Of a stretch of 64,000 nucleotides of DNA, positions 37,995 to 46,984 are shown piece after piece. This DNA is from Fibrobacter sp. (lineage in GTDB: Bacteria; Fibrobacterota; Fibrobacteria; Fibrobacterales; Fibrobacteraceae): the NCBI RefSeq assembly GCF_017545445.1, contig NZ_JAFWOM010000133.1, forward strand, positions 54,120 to 118,119, in the 5' to 3' direction. The translations under genes and the position numbers were made by a program. Every line of letters begins with the position of its first letter. Position 1 is the first letter of the stretch. The notes beneath the pieces are model-generated. The model ran no database searches, was not told the DNA's origin, and worked only from the letters and a program-made list of their open reading frames with translations.

Positions 37995-39039
37995 TTACAG
38001 CCCCATCTCCTTCACTTCCTTAATCAAGAAGTTTTCCAATTGTTCCCGGTCAGGAAGCTGCAACTTGTATGTTGAGACAAACAACTTCTCGTCCATGCCG
38101 TTTAATACATACTGGACCATTTTCGGTCCTTTTTCTGTACAGAGCAAAATCCCGATCGGAGGATTATCCCCGTCCACCATCTCACAATCCTTGAAATAAG
38201 AGATGTAGGCATTCAGTTGTGCCGCGTGTTCAATGCGGAATTTGCCGAGCCTCAAAGCAAAACCCCTTGCCCATCTCCAACAGGAACTCCTGCAAATGGT
38301 CCATGATAGCCTGTTCCAATTCGGATTCGGAGAACGCATCCTTGACATTCAGGTCTAAAAAATCGAGAGTATATGCGTCCTTGACCGACAAGACTGCATT
38401 AACGTCGCCTTTTTCCACCCTTTGCAGCAACAGTTCCGGCTTTTTGCTGATTCCGCTCCTGAAATAGAGTTTCGTGTCGATTTGCCGACGAAGTTCTCGC
38501 ACGCTCCATGTGCCTTTGATACATTCAAGTTCATAGAAGAACCTCTCCATAGGGTCGTCAATGGTCATTATTTCTTTAATATGCGAGAATGAAAGCCGAG
38601 TGACAAGCAATTCCGGCGGCGTTTCGAATTTGCGAGACGGCGTCTCGCAAATTGCCCCCCTAAGTTTTTTCTCAATTAAAGCCATTTTTTCGGGAAATAA
38701 GTCTATTCCCTGCAATCTGTGAGTCGCTGACTCACAAATCTGTGGATATTTCATGTAAAACATCCTGCATGCATTCAGTAACTGACGATCAAACCCCTTG
38801 ATGGACAATTTGTCAGCCAAATTTTGCAATAAACGAGCACCGTACTTGGCTCGGTCGCACCCCTCTTGTTCATATTCAACTATATAGCAGCCGATAGCCC
38901 AATTTCGTATAGTCAGAAGCTGGTTTACGGCACCCTTGGCTACGGAACTTGTCGCATTATGGACGTCTTTTACCCGTTCCGCAAGGATTTCAAAAGTTGT
39001 TCCGTCGGCTTTACCGATAGGCGGTACACGCTTATTCAT
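37995..39039 (-). pseudogene. YhcG/DUF1016 gene with internal deletion and frameshift
   Basis: GKGFCFEARQ joins out of frame to GKFRIEHAAQLNAY; the DLVFY/IELK segment is missing. Confidence 0.85.
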
Positions 39040-39130
39040 CTTCTACTCCAATCCGCCTACAAGCAAAAAAAGGCGGGGTAAAGTGTTCTCGACGCAAATA
39101 TACATTCCTCGTGTGTCATATTATGACAAT
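39032..39130 (-). repeat. Shared leader copy B
   Basis: Same sequence as copy A. Confidence 0.92.
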
Positions 39131-39185
39131 CGGCGATTTTTGCGGAAATTTAGGCAATTTTGACAAAAATCAACCCCGCAGAACT

Positions 39186-40154
39186 CTAATCCGCGTTGTT
39201 ACCCTGTAATGCCCGACTTTCTTTTTTTCCCTGAATCTTCTGCGATTCCTTCAACACTTCGTCCAACGTGAAATCTTCCTGCGTAAAGAAAAACGTATTC
39301 TTGCCCAAATCCTTGAGCGAAGCCCCGAAGTGGTAGGCAGTATCGTCTATGAACAAGAATCGGTCGTGCATTCCGTAACTTGGCAAGACTTGCATCGGGC
39401 TGTCAGGATATTGTTCGTTGTAAGTGGCTAGGTCCATTTCAAGGACTTTGCTCTTGTCGTAGGTGTAAATAGTCACGGAAACGCTTTTTTCCCGCTTGAG
39501 CATCATGGTCAGAGTCTTCTCGGTCACGTACCTATCGACAAGGACGATTCTTTTTTTGGCTTGGCGAATCAGGTTACAGACAAATACATAGGCATCGAAC
39601 TCCTGGTTGTTGTAAAATAAGCCCTTGGTTTTGAGCTCGCCCCTGTCCATCGCCTCAAAGAGAGAATCAATTTTGTGGTCATGATCTAAAAAACGGGCGT
39701 CTTGTTCCAAATCTTTTACTTCGACATTAGAAAGGCGATAGACAATTCCGCCATTTTGATATAAATACTGCCGCATGGCGACAAACGCATCCATGATTGC
39801 GATGGATACATTCACGGCAACCTTGCTTTTCAGGACGGATGAAAGCATGGCAAAGCCCTGTTCTGTAAAAACATAGGGTTTAAACCTGTCGCCGCCCCAA
39901 CTTGAAATCACATTTTGTGATTTCAAGATGCCCAATTCGCCTTTTTCCAACTGGAAACAATATCTATCCGGGAAACGTTCTATATTTCGCTTGACGGCTT
40001 GATTTATCGCCCTAGTTTCAACACCGTATAATGTTGCAATATCACGGTCAAGCAGGACCTGCTTGCCACGAACAACCCGAATCATCTTTTCTACATCCAA
40101 CTCCATAAGCGGGTTAAGTGCGATATCATCCGTTTTTTCGGTCTTTCTAGCCAT
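39186..40154 (-). CDS. ORF6N domain protein with PLD-like C-terminal domain
   Basis: LLDRDIATLYGVET, FTEQG; C-terminal VDRY, HDRF, GASLKDLG. Confidence 0.88.
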   Translation of the reverse strand: MARKTEKTDDIALNPLMELDVEKMIRVVRGKQVLLDRDIATLYGVETRAINQAVKRNIERFPDRYCFQLEKGELGILKSQNVISSWGGDRFKPYVFTEQGFAMLSSVLKSKVAVNVSIAIMDAFVAMRQYLYQNGGIVYRLSNVEVKDLEQDARFLDHDHKIDSLFEAMDRGELKTKGLFYNNQEFDAYVFVCNLIRQAKKRIVLVDRYVTEKTLTMMLKREKSVSVTIYTYDKSKVLEMDLATYNEQYPDSPMQVLPSYGMHDRFLFIDDTAYHFGASLKDLGKNTFFFTQEDFTLDEVLKESQKIQGKKESRALQGNNAD

Positions 40155-40244
40155 CTTCTACTCCTTCCGCCTACAAGCAAAAAAAGTGGGGTAAAGTGTT
40201 CTCGATACAAATATATATTCTTCGAATGTCACATTATGACAATT
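40152..40244 (-). repeat. Shared leader copy C
   Basis: Diverged copy of A/B. Confidence 0.9.
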
Positions 40245-40396
40245 GGCGATTTTCGCGAAAATTTTGACAATTTCAAGGAAAATCGACCCCTGCAGGCGGT
40301 TGAATTCTGCGTTTTTTTGCTTTTTTCTTGCCTTCCGAGCGTGGCGTCACCTTTTGACACCGGAATAATCTATATTTTGAATGAAAATAGAGTTTT

Positions 40397-40718
40397 CTCT
40401 TGTTCTCTATCTGAAATCTCGACAATTTCAACAACGAGAACAAGACGGACGCTCACGTCTGCGACAGGTCATCGCCTGCCGCATCGTTAGGTTACATAGC
40501 AAATTTGTATTTGTTTATGCCGCACGACCTTTTGGGGCGTGAGTTGTTTGTGTTTATTCGTTGTGGGCAGTCGAGAGCCTCAGATAGGTAAATGCATTCA
40601 ACTCCACGCCTTTTTTGTTTCCGAAAAAGATTGGACAAGTGCAGAACAGGGGTGGACTCGCAGAGTTTAGCTCTTGTCCTCTATCTGGAATCTCGACAAT
40701 TTCAACAACGAGAATAAG
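40397..40718 (+). repeat. 48-bp direct repeat pair (40397-40444, 40671-40718)
   Basis: 45/48 identical by manual alignment. Confidence 0.88.
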
Positions 40719-40948
40719 GCAATGACTCGCCATCGCCCGTGGATTGCATGGGCGTAGTGTACCCTGGGCGTACTGTATCCGCTCGGGTTTTTGCGGGTGT
40801 ATTGTATTCTTTTGAAAAAGTCGCGCTTTTAGGCGAGGAGTGAGTCGGCTCCCCGCCGTTCTTTTTTTGCCCGCACCCCGGCCAAGCGAATCGGCTAGAA
40901 CCGCTCCCGCGAGAGTGAACTCGTTCACTTTCAACACGGAGCGAAAAA

Positions 40949-41956
40949 ATGGCACAGAAAAAAGCCGCAACAACCGAAGCCAAAATCCAAGAATTTCATC
41001 TCTTTGCAGGAATTGGTGGTGGTATTTATGGAGGTGAACTATTAGGCCACGAATGTTGTGCAGGCGTTGAAATCAGTGATTTTTGTCAGAAGGTTTTGAA
41101 ACAACGTCAAAAAGACGGATGGATGAATCCGTTTGAAATTTACGGAGATCTTCGCGCATTAAATGGCAAAGAATTTAAAGGAAAATTTGATGTCCTGTGC
41201 GGAGGGTTTCCCTGTCAGGCTTTCAGTACTGCGGCCCATGGTAAAAATATCGCAGAGAAAAATCTTTGGGATGAAATGTTGCGCTTCGCCAAAGAATCTG
41301 ACGCTCCGGTTGTTTTCGGTGAAAATGTTGTATTACGCGCTATTTCTAAAGCTAAGGAAGATTTAGAGTCCATTGGATATAAGGTCCAGTTTTGTCGTTT
41401 GAGCTGTTCTAATCTTGGAGCTGATCATCAGCGTAACCGTTTTTGGTTGCTAGCAGTCAAGAATCAGAAAGTTTTTGAAAAGATAAAAGACCACATCATT
41501 AGCCTTCCCAAATTTAAAGGTTCTTACTGGAGTAAGAATCCTGATGACCTTGGTGTAGATGTTCCTATTGCGGACCGCCGAGAACAACTGAAAGGAGTTG
41601 GAAACGCCCAATCGCCTTTTGTTGCTGCAAGTGCATTTAGGATTTTGGTAAATCGCCACATTGAAAATGGAACATATACTGAAGATGTTTCAGAAAAAGA
41701 AATATCCCAGGTTTTTGAAAAACAGAAAACTTGGATAAGGAAAACCTATGGTGAAGAGATGGGGTTAGTTCATACGCCAACTACGATGGCAAACTACTCT
41801 GCTCCATCAATGATGAAACATCAGGGATGTAGAAATTTCAAAGAGGTTTTTGGAAAACCGGCTCCAAAGAATGCTGAATACTTGATGGGGTTCCCGTTGG
41901 GAGCAAGTTCCCCTGAACCGCAGAAAAAAGAGAATCTCAAAAAGTGGGGTGCATGA
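40949..41956 (+). CDS. DNA cytosine-5 methyltransferase
   Basis: FAGIGG, GGFPCQ, ENV, QRNR, GNA motifs. Confidence 0.92.
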   Translation: MAQKKAATTEAKIQEFHLFAGIGGGIYGGELLGHECCAGVEISDFCQKVLKQRQKDGWMNPFEIYGDLRALNGKEFKGKFDVLCGGFPCQAFSTAAHGKNIAEKNLWDEMLRFAKESDAPVVFGENVVLRAISKAKEDLESIGYKVQFCRLSCSNLGADHQRNRFWLLAVKNQKVFEKIKDHIISLPKFKGSYWSKNPDDLGVDVPIADRREQLKGVGNAQSPFVAASAFRILVNRHIENGTYTEDVSEKEISQVFEKQKTWIRKTYGEEMGLVHTPTTMANYSAPSMMKHQGCRNFKEVFGKPAPKNAEYLMGFPLGASSPEPQKKENLKKWGA

Positions 41957-43401
41957 TGTTTTATAAAAGTGATGCGGATAGGTTGTTTAATCTATATGGA
42001 TTTAATCAAAAACAAAAAAATGATGAGACCATAATCAATACTGCAAAAGCGTTTGATTCAAATGAATACATTGGTTCAAGCCGAAATAGATTAAACAGCG
42101 GAATTTTACGCAATCAATTCCTTTTACTTTTGAGCTCATTAAATGGGCGCCCTCTATCAAATCAAACTTTTTCGGGTGTTACACAGTTACGAGCTGATCA
42201 ATATGTATTGGTTCACCAAAATCCTGAAAGCGAATTATGGGAAGTTTATCAAGGAAATTCTCCAAATAATCCACGGAAAATTTATGATGCAATAACGCTA
42301 AAATCTTTTTTTGACAGTATTCAAGAGAATGTTAACACAGTCATCAATGATACAAAAAAAGATGATTCGGCAATAAATAATATTTTTAACACGGATTCTC
42401 TGAATTTCTCTCAAATCATCTACTATGGTGTTCCTGGGTGCGGAAAGAGCAATAAAATCAGGGAGGATCTGAAGAACGTTCCTGAAAAGAACAAGGTTCG
42501 TGTCGTGTTCCACCCGGAATACACCAACGCCGAATTCATCGGTCAGATTTTACCGAAAGTCAACGGTCACGTCACCTACGAATTTACGCCCGGGCCGTTT
42601 ACGCAAATTATCAAGCGGGCTTATCTCAATCCCAATGAACAATTTTACCTGGTTATCGAAGAAATCAACCGCGGTAATGCAGCGGCCATTTTCGGCGATA
42701 CCTTCCAGTTGTTAGATAGGCTTAAGGCGGGAGAAACAGATTCTCTCGGCAATGACCCTGCAAATGCGACGGTAAACACGTTTACAGAAGGCTGGAGCCA
42801 GTATTTTGTCCAGAACGATGATGTGAACGCCTATATTCGGGGAACTGAAAATAGCATTCAGATTGGGAATATTCGCTTTGATTCGAATACGGCTATCCGC
42901 TTGCCGCCTAACCTTTCCATCTTGGCAACGATGAATACTAGCGACCAGAATGTGTTCACGTTGGATAACGCATTCCAGCGCCGTTTCGACATGGAACTGG
43001 TTCGCAACGAATTTGACCTCACTAAGCCTGCCGTCAAAACACAATACGAAGCGGAGATTGACGATACCGGTATTAAATGGGGACAATTCTGGGGATGGAT
43101 CAACGCCAAAATTACGGCCACCCTCAAGGGTCTTTCCAGCACCGAAGACAAGCGGCTCGGAGTCTGGTTCGTGAGCAACGTGGGCGGCATTATTGACGAC
43201 AAGGTCTTTGCCGAAAAGGTACTGAAGTTCCTGTGGGATGACGTTTTCAAGTTCAAGCGTCCGCAAGTATTTGCCGAAGGAATTGATACTCTGGAAAAGT
43301 TGATCAACTCCTTTGAAAAACCGTCTGAAGGAAAAGAACGCTTTGACGTTTTCAAGGACAAGGCGAATCTTGTCGCATTTGTAGCATCGCCAACGCTGTA
43401 A
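41953..43401 (+). CDS. McrB-like AAA+ restriction subunit
   Basis: GVPGCGKS, FHPEY, EEINRG, TMNTSDQN, FQRRF. Confidence 0.9.
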   Translation: MMFYKSDADRLFNLYGFNQKQKNDETIINTAKAFDSNEYIGSSRNRLNSGILRNQFLLLLSSLNGRPLSNQTFSGVTQLRADQYVLVHQNPESELWEVYQGNSPNNPRKIYDAITLKSFFDSIQENVNTVINDTKKDDSAINNIFNTDSLNFSQIIYYGVPGCGKSNKIREDLKNVPEKNKVRVVFHPEYTNAEFIGQILPKVNGHVTYEFTPGPFTQIIKRAYLNPNEQFYLVIEEINRGNAAAIFGDTFQLLDRLKAGETDSLGNDPANATVNTFTEGWSQYFVQNDDVNAYIRGTENSIQIGNIRFDSNTAIRLPPNLSILATMNTSDQNVFTLDNAFQRRFDMELVRNEFDLTKPAVKTQYEAEIDDTGIKWGQFWGWINAKITATLKGLSSTEDKRLGVWFVSNVGGIIDDKVFAEKVLKFLWDDVFKFKRPQVFAEGIDTLEKLINSFEKPSEGKERFDVFKDKANLVAFVASPTL

Positions 43402-43407
43402 TCCTTG

Positions 43408-44790
43408 ATGCAAAAGCTAAACGAAATATGTTCCTGCGAATCTAAGGCGAATTCGGAGACCGAGTTCGTCGGCATTCGTTGCGAAAAAACAAAGGAAGGT
43501 GGTGTGCTAGAAACAAGCATCATCTTTCCCTTGGGATATTTCAAGGATGACTCGGCCTTGCGCGAGCTCCCCGAAGAAGAATTACGGGAATGCGTCGTCA
43601 ATCTTTTTACGGTGCTTTCCGACCCTTCGCTGCAGGAACAAATTCATCAGGATTCGTCCATTTCCACATTCGCGGAGGAACATGGCGAATCTGAATTTCC
43701 GATGGTTTCGTACTTGAATGTTATCCGGAATTTTCTTGATTTCGGCTACCTTGACGAAAAGGAAATTCTGTACAAAAAGGGCGCAAACGGGAAGATCAGT
43801 TGGGGACGGACAATCAAGGCCGTGCAACCTGTCATTACCGAAGATGCCCAGAATCTCGTGTACCTAGATTTTATCGCCCGTAAAGTCAGTTATAACGAAG
43901 ATACGCTCATTACGCAAGTCCACAAGTTCTGCGTTCATGACGCTCTTGTGAAACTCGGATTTTTATTCGGCATAGATCCGTCCGAAGAGCCGCAGTTGGA
44001 TTTTGATTATGACCTGTTCTGCAACGCAATTCATTCCAAACTTGCGAAAACATTTAATGACCGTGATTTACGCTTGCTCGCCGATTTGGCCCGAATTGTG
44101 GAGTATCTTGCCGGGCATAAAACCGAAGACGGAAAAACGGCAGATGATTTTTATTTCGGGGTAAACAAGTTCGCCCCCGTGTGGGAGAAAATGATTGACA
44201 AAATTTTCGGGAAGTTGCCGCAGGGGGTTGCCAAGGATAAATTTAATCCGCATTTGAGATGGAATGACGGACGCCTCGATGAAAAACTTGATGAATCCGA
44301 AGAGGAAATAGTTCTGAACGACCCGAAACGTTCCACACTCCGACCAGATACGATAATGGTTATGGGGGAGGGTGTGTATATCCTTGATTCAAAGTACTAC
44401 AAATACGGCTTGACTGGTTTCAATTCGCATTTGCCGGGGGCCGAATCCGTGTGTAAGCAGATGGCTTATGCGGAATATGTGGAAACGCGTCTAAAGGAGA
44501 TCCCCGCCTTCGCGGGGATGACATCGCACGGGGTTTACAATGCATTCATTATGCCGTACTGTGCGGATGCTGGGAAATGGGATGAGATTGCCGCGGTCGC
44601 GGTGCTCCCTCGCAATGACGTTTATGCAATGAAACGCGTCGGTTACATCTATGGTGACTGGAAAAACGTGGAGGACGAAAACCGACCTTATCACAAAATC
44701 CGCTGCATTCTCCTCGACATGAAATCCGTCATGCGGAACTACGCAAACAACCCCACTGCGCAAAGTGAACTCGCGGAGTTGATCAGATAA
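43408..44790 (+). CDS. LlaJI-family/McrC-like restriction endonuclease
   Basis: IFPLGY, GKISWGRTIK, WEKMID, RPD..LDSKYY, KQMAY. Confidence 0.85.
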   Translation: MQKLNEICSCESKANSETEFVGIRCEKTKEGGVLETSIIFPLGYFKDDSALRELPEEELRECVVNLFTVLSDPSLQEQIHQDSSISTFAEEHGESEFPMVSYLNVIRNFLDFGYLDEKEILYKKGANGKISWGRTIKAVQPVITEDAQNLVYLDFIARKVSYNEDTLITQVHKFCVHDALVKLGFLFGIDPSEEPQLDFDYDLFCNAIHSKLAKTFNDRDLRLLADLARIVEYLAGHKTEDGKTADDFYFGVNKFAPVWEKMIDKIFGKLPQGVAKDKFNPHLRWNDGRLDEKLDESEEEIVLNDPKRSTLRPDTIMVMGEGVYILDSKYYKYGLTGFNSHLPGAESVCKQMAYAEYVETRLKEIPAFAGMTSHGVYNAFIMPYCADAGKWDEIAAVAVLPRNDVYAMKRVGYIYGDWKNVEDENRPYHKIRCILLDMKSVMRNYANNPTAQSELAELIR

Positions 44791-44798
44791 GAGTCGGG

Positions 44799-45959
44799 TC
44801 AGACGACTGGCGCTATTTCTTTCCAGCTGATGAATTTCTGATTTTCGCCGTGGTATGAGTCTTCGCCTCCATAGACGACGCTTGTGTTAGAAAGCGGGAT
44901 GCCCGAGACCTCGGCAAATTTTTTCAGTCCGTCGTAGAATTTCTGATTTTTTGTTTCGCCGGACTTGATTTCTATTGCGTGCAGTTCTCCGTCGGTTTCG
45001 CAAAGTAAGTCAACTTCATTCTGATTTGAATCTCGCCAAAAATAGAGTTGCGGTTCTTCGCCTTTGAACAAGGCGTTTTTCATGTATTCGGCAACTACGA
45101 AATTTTCAAAAATTGCCCCGCGTAATCCGCTTTTTTGCAGCTGTTTTTGATTAAAAATGTTCAACAGATTACACAGGAGCCCGGTGTCGCAAAAATAAAT
45201 TTTAGATGATTTAACGACTCTTTTCGAAAAATTCTTATAGTACGGAGGGAGGCGGAGAAGTATAAAGCTTGCTTCAAGAATCGAAATCCAGGAGTTTGCA
45301 GTTGTGACGGATATCCCTGCATCTTTGGCGAGCGAAGCGACGTTCATTACGGAGCCCACATTTGCGGCGCATAACTTGAGGAAGCGCTTGAATGCGGCCA
45401 TGTCCGTTATGTTTCGCAATAGGCGTACGTCCCGTTCGACATACGTCTGCAGGTATGATGTAAAGTATTCCTTTGTCGTAACTTTCTTGTCATAGAGTCT
45501 TGGGTAGCACCCTTTGAGCAGAAACTCGTCTAGATCGCTAGGAAGTTTGTCGGCCTCCCGTAATTCATCGGCGGAAAACGGGAAAAGTTTGAGGACGCTT
45601 GTGCGGCCGGCAAGGCTTTGCGAGATGCGTTCCATTAACAGAAAATTGTGCGAACCGGATAAAATAAATTGCCCGCATTGGTCATGAGAATCCACGATTG
45701 TCTGTAGATAAGAGAACAAGTCCGGAACGCGTTGCGCTTCGTCTATAATGCATTTTGTTCCGCATTCTCTTAGAAAACCGCGAGGGTCGTTTTCGGCAAG
45801 TTGGCGGACATCGGGGTCTTCTAGCGAAATGTATTTATAGTCTGCAAAACATGACTTCAGCAATGTAGATTTGCCGCTTTGCCTTGGTCCCGTCAACGTT
45901 ACCACGGGAAATTTCGTCGCCACATCTAGAATTGTATCTGAAATTGCCCTTTTTATCAT
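44799..45959 (-). CDS. AAA_14 ATPase with DUF4143 domain
   Basis: GPRQSGKST, IDEAQ, KIYFCDTGL, EVDL, IEIKS. Confidence 0.92.
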   Translation of the reverse strand: MIKRAISDTILDVATKFPVVTLTGPRQSGKSTLLKSCFADYKYISLEDPDVRQLAENDPRGFLRECGTKCIIDEAQRVPDLFSYLQTIVDSHDQCGQFILSGSHNFLLMERISQSLAGRTSVLKLFPFSADELREADKLPSDLDEFLLKGCYPRLYDKKVTTKEYFTSYLQTYVERDVRLLRNITDMAAFKRFLKLCAANVGSVMNVASLAKDAGISVTTANSWISILEASFILLRLPPYYKNFSKRVVKSSKIYFCDTGLLCNLLNIFNQKQLQKSGLRGAIFENFVVAEYMKNALFKGEEPQLYFWRDSNQNEVDLLCETDGELHAIEIKSGETKNQKFYDGLKKFAEVSGIPLSNTSVVYGGEDSYHGENQKFISWKEIAPVV

Positions 45960-45993
45960 AAAAACGCCCTTTTTTTTTTAATATAGCATATTT

Positions 45994-46062
45994 TTTATGA
46001 AAAAGCAATAGTCTAGTTTATGAAAATCATATAGTCCGATTTATGAAAATCATATAATCAGG
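45994..46062. repeat. Three 23-bp-period direct repeats
   Basis: TTTATGAAAA at 45994, 46017, 46040. Confidence 0.85.
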
Positions 46063-46066
46063 CTAT

Positions 46067-46951
46067 TTATTTTCGTTTTTTTTGCAAAAGCGTATCGTAA
46101 ACCACGAAAATGGTTCCGGCAATCATGACCAGGAACGCGACAATGTATTGTAGCGTGATTTTTTCGTTCAGGAGCACGACGGAAAAAAGGACGCCGATAA
46201 AGGGCGCGAATGCGTAAAAGGCGCTGGTCTTTGCGGCTCCCAGGTATTTTTGTGCGCGGATGTAGGTGAAAATGCTCAGGCCGTAAGCCACAAAGCCGAG
46301 CAGCAGGGCGAGCGGGATGTATTTTACGGCAAAGTTCATTTCGCCTGTGGTAAGCGAAACGACGATGGAACCGATTCCGGAACAGAGGCCTTTTATGGTC
46401 ACAATCTGGTATGTGCTTTTGTTTGAAATTTTGCGGGTGCAGTTGTTTTCTAGCCCCCAGCAGATGGTCGCGCCGAGAACGAAAATGGAACCGATCGAGA
46501 AATTGAATTCATCGGCATTTTCAAACGAGAGAATGAAGCTGGATGTCGTTATAAATAAAATCGAAATCCACAAACGCGTAGACACCTTTTCTCTAAAGAT
46601 GAACAGCGCAATCAGCGTTGTCGCGACGATTTCGAAGTTCCCGAGCAGGGAGGCGTTGCTGGATGTTCCGTACTTGACGCCGAACATGAGCAGTATGGGG
46701 GCGACAATGTCGAGCAGGACCATGCCTAGCGTGTAGGGAAAATCTTTTTTGCAGAGCCGATCCGATTGAGGCTCGCGCCTAACATGGAATAGGTAGAGGA
46801 TGCCAATGCCGATCCCCGCACCAATATAGAGCAGTCCCGCCATGAATACGGGCGAAATGTGGGCCAGCAGCATTTTGGAGCAGGGAACATTCAGTGCATA
46901 AAATGCGGCCGCCGCTATAGCATAACCAATCGCAATGACATTCTTGTCCAT
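46067..46951 (-). CDS. DMT/EamA family transporter
   Basis: About 10 TM segments, FREK and LNEK repeat ends. Confidence 0.9.
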   Translation of the reverse strand: MDKNVIAIGYAIAAAAFYALNVPCSKMLLAHISPVFMAGLLYIGAGIGIGILYLFHVRREPQSDRLCKKDFPYTLGMVLLDIVAPILLMFGVKYGTSSNASLLGNFEIVATTLIALFIFREKVSTRLWISILFITTSSFILSFENADEFNFSIGSIFVLGATICWGLENNCTRKISNKSTYQIVTIKGLCSGIGSIVVSLTTGEMNFAVKYIPLALLLGFVAYGLSIFTYIRAQKYLGAAKTSAFYAFAPFIGVLFSVVLLNEKITLQYIVAFLVMIAGTIFVVYDTLLQKKRK

Positions 46952-46984
46952 GATTTAAATGCAGAATTTTGCGTGAATACCAAA

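Noticed and set aside
37834-40244. Integron with attC cassettes
   Set aside because: The repeats are promoter/RBS leaders, lack evident attC R-box structure, and no integrase is in the window.
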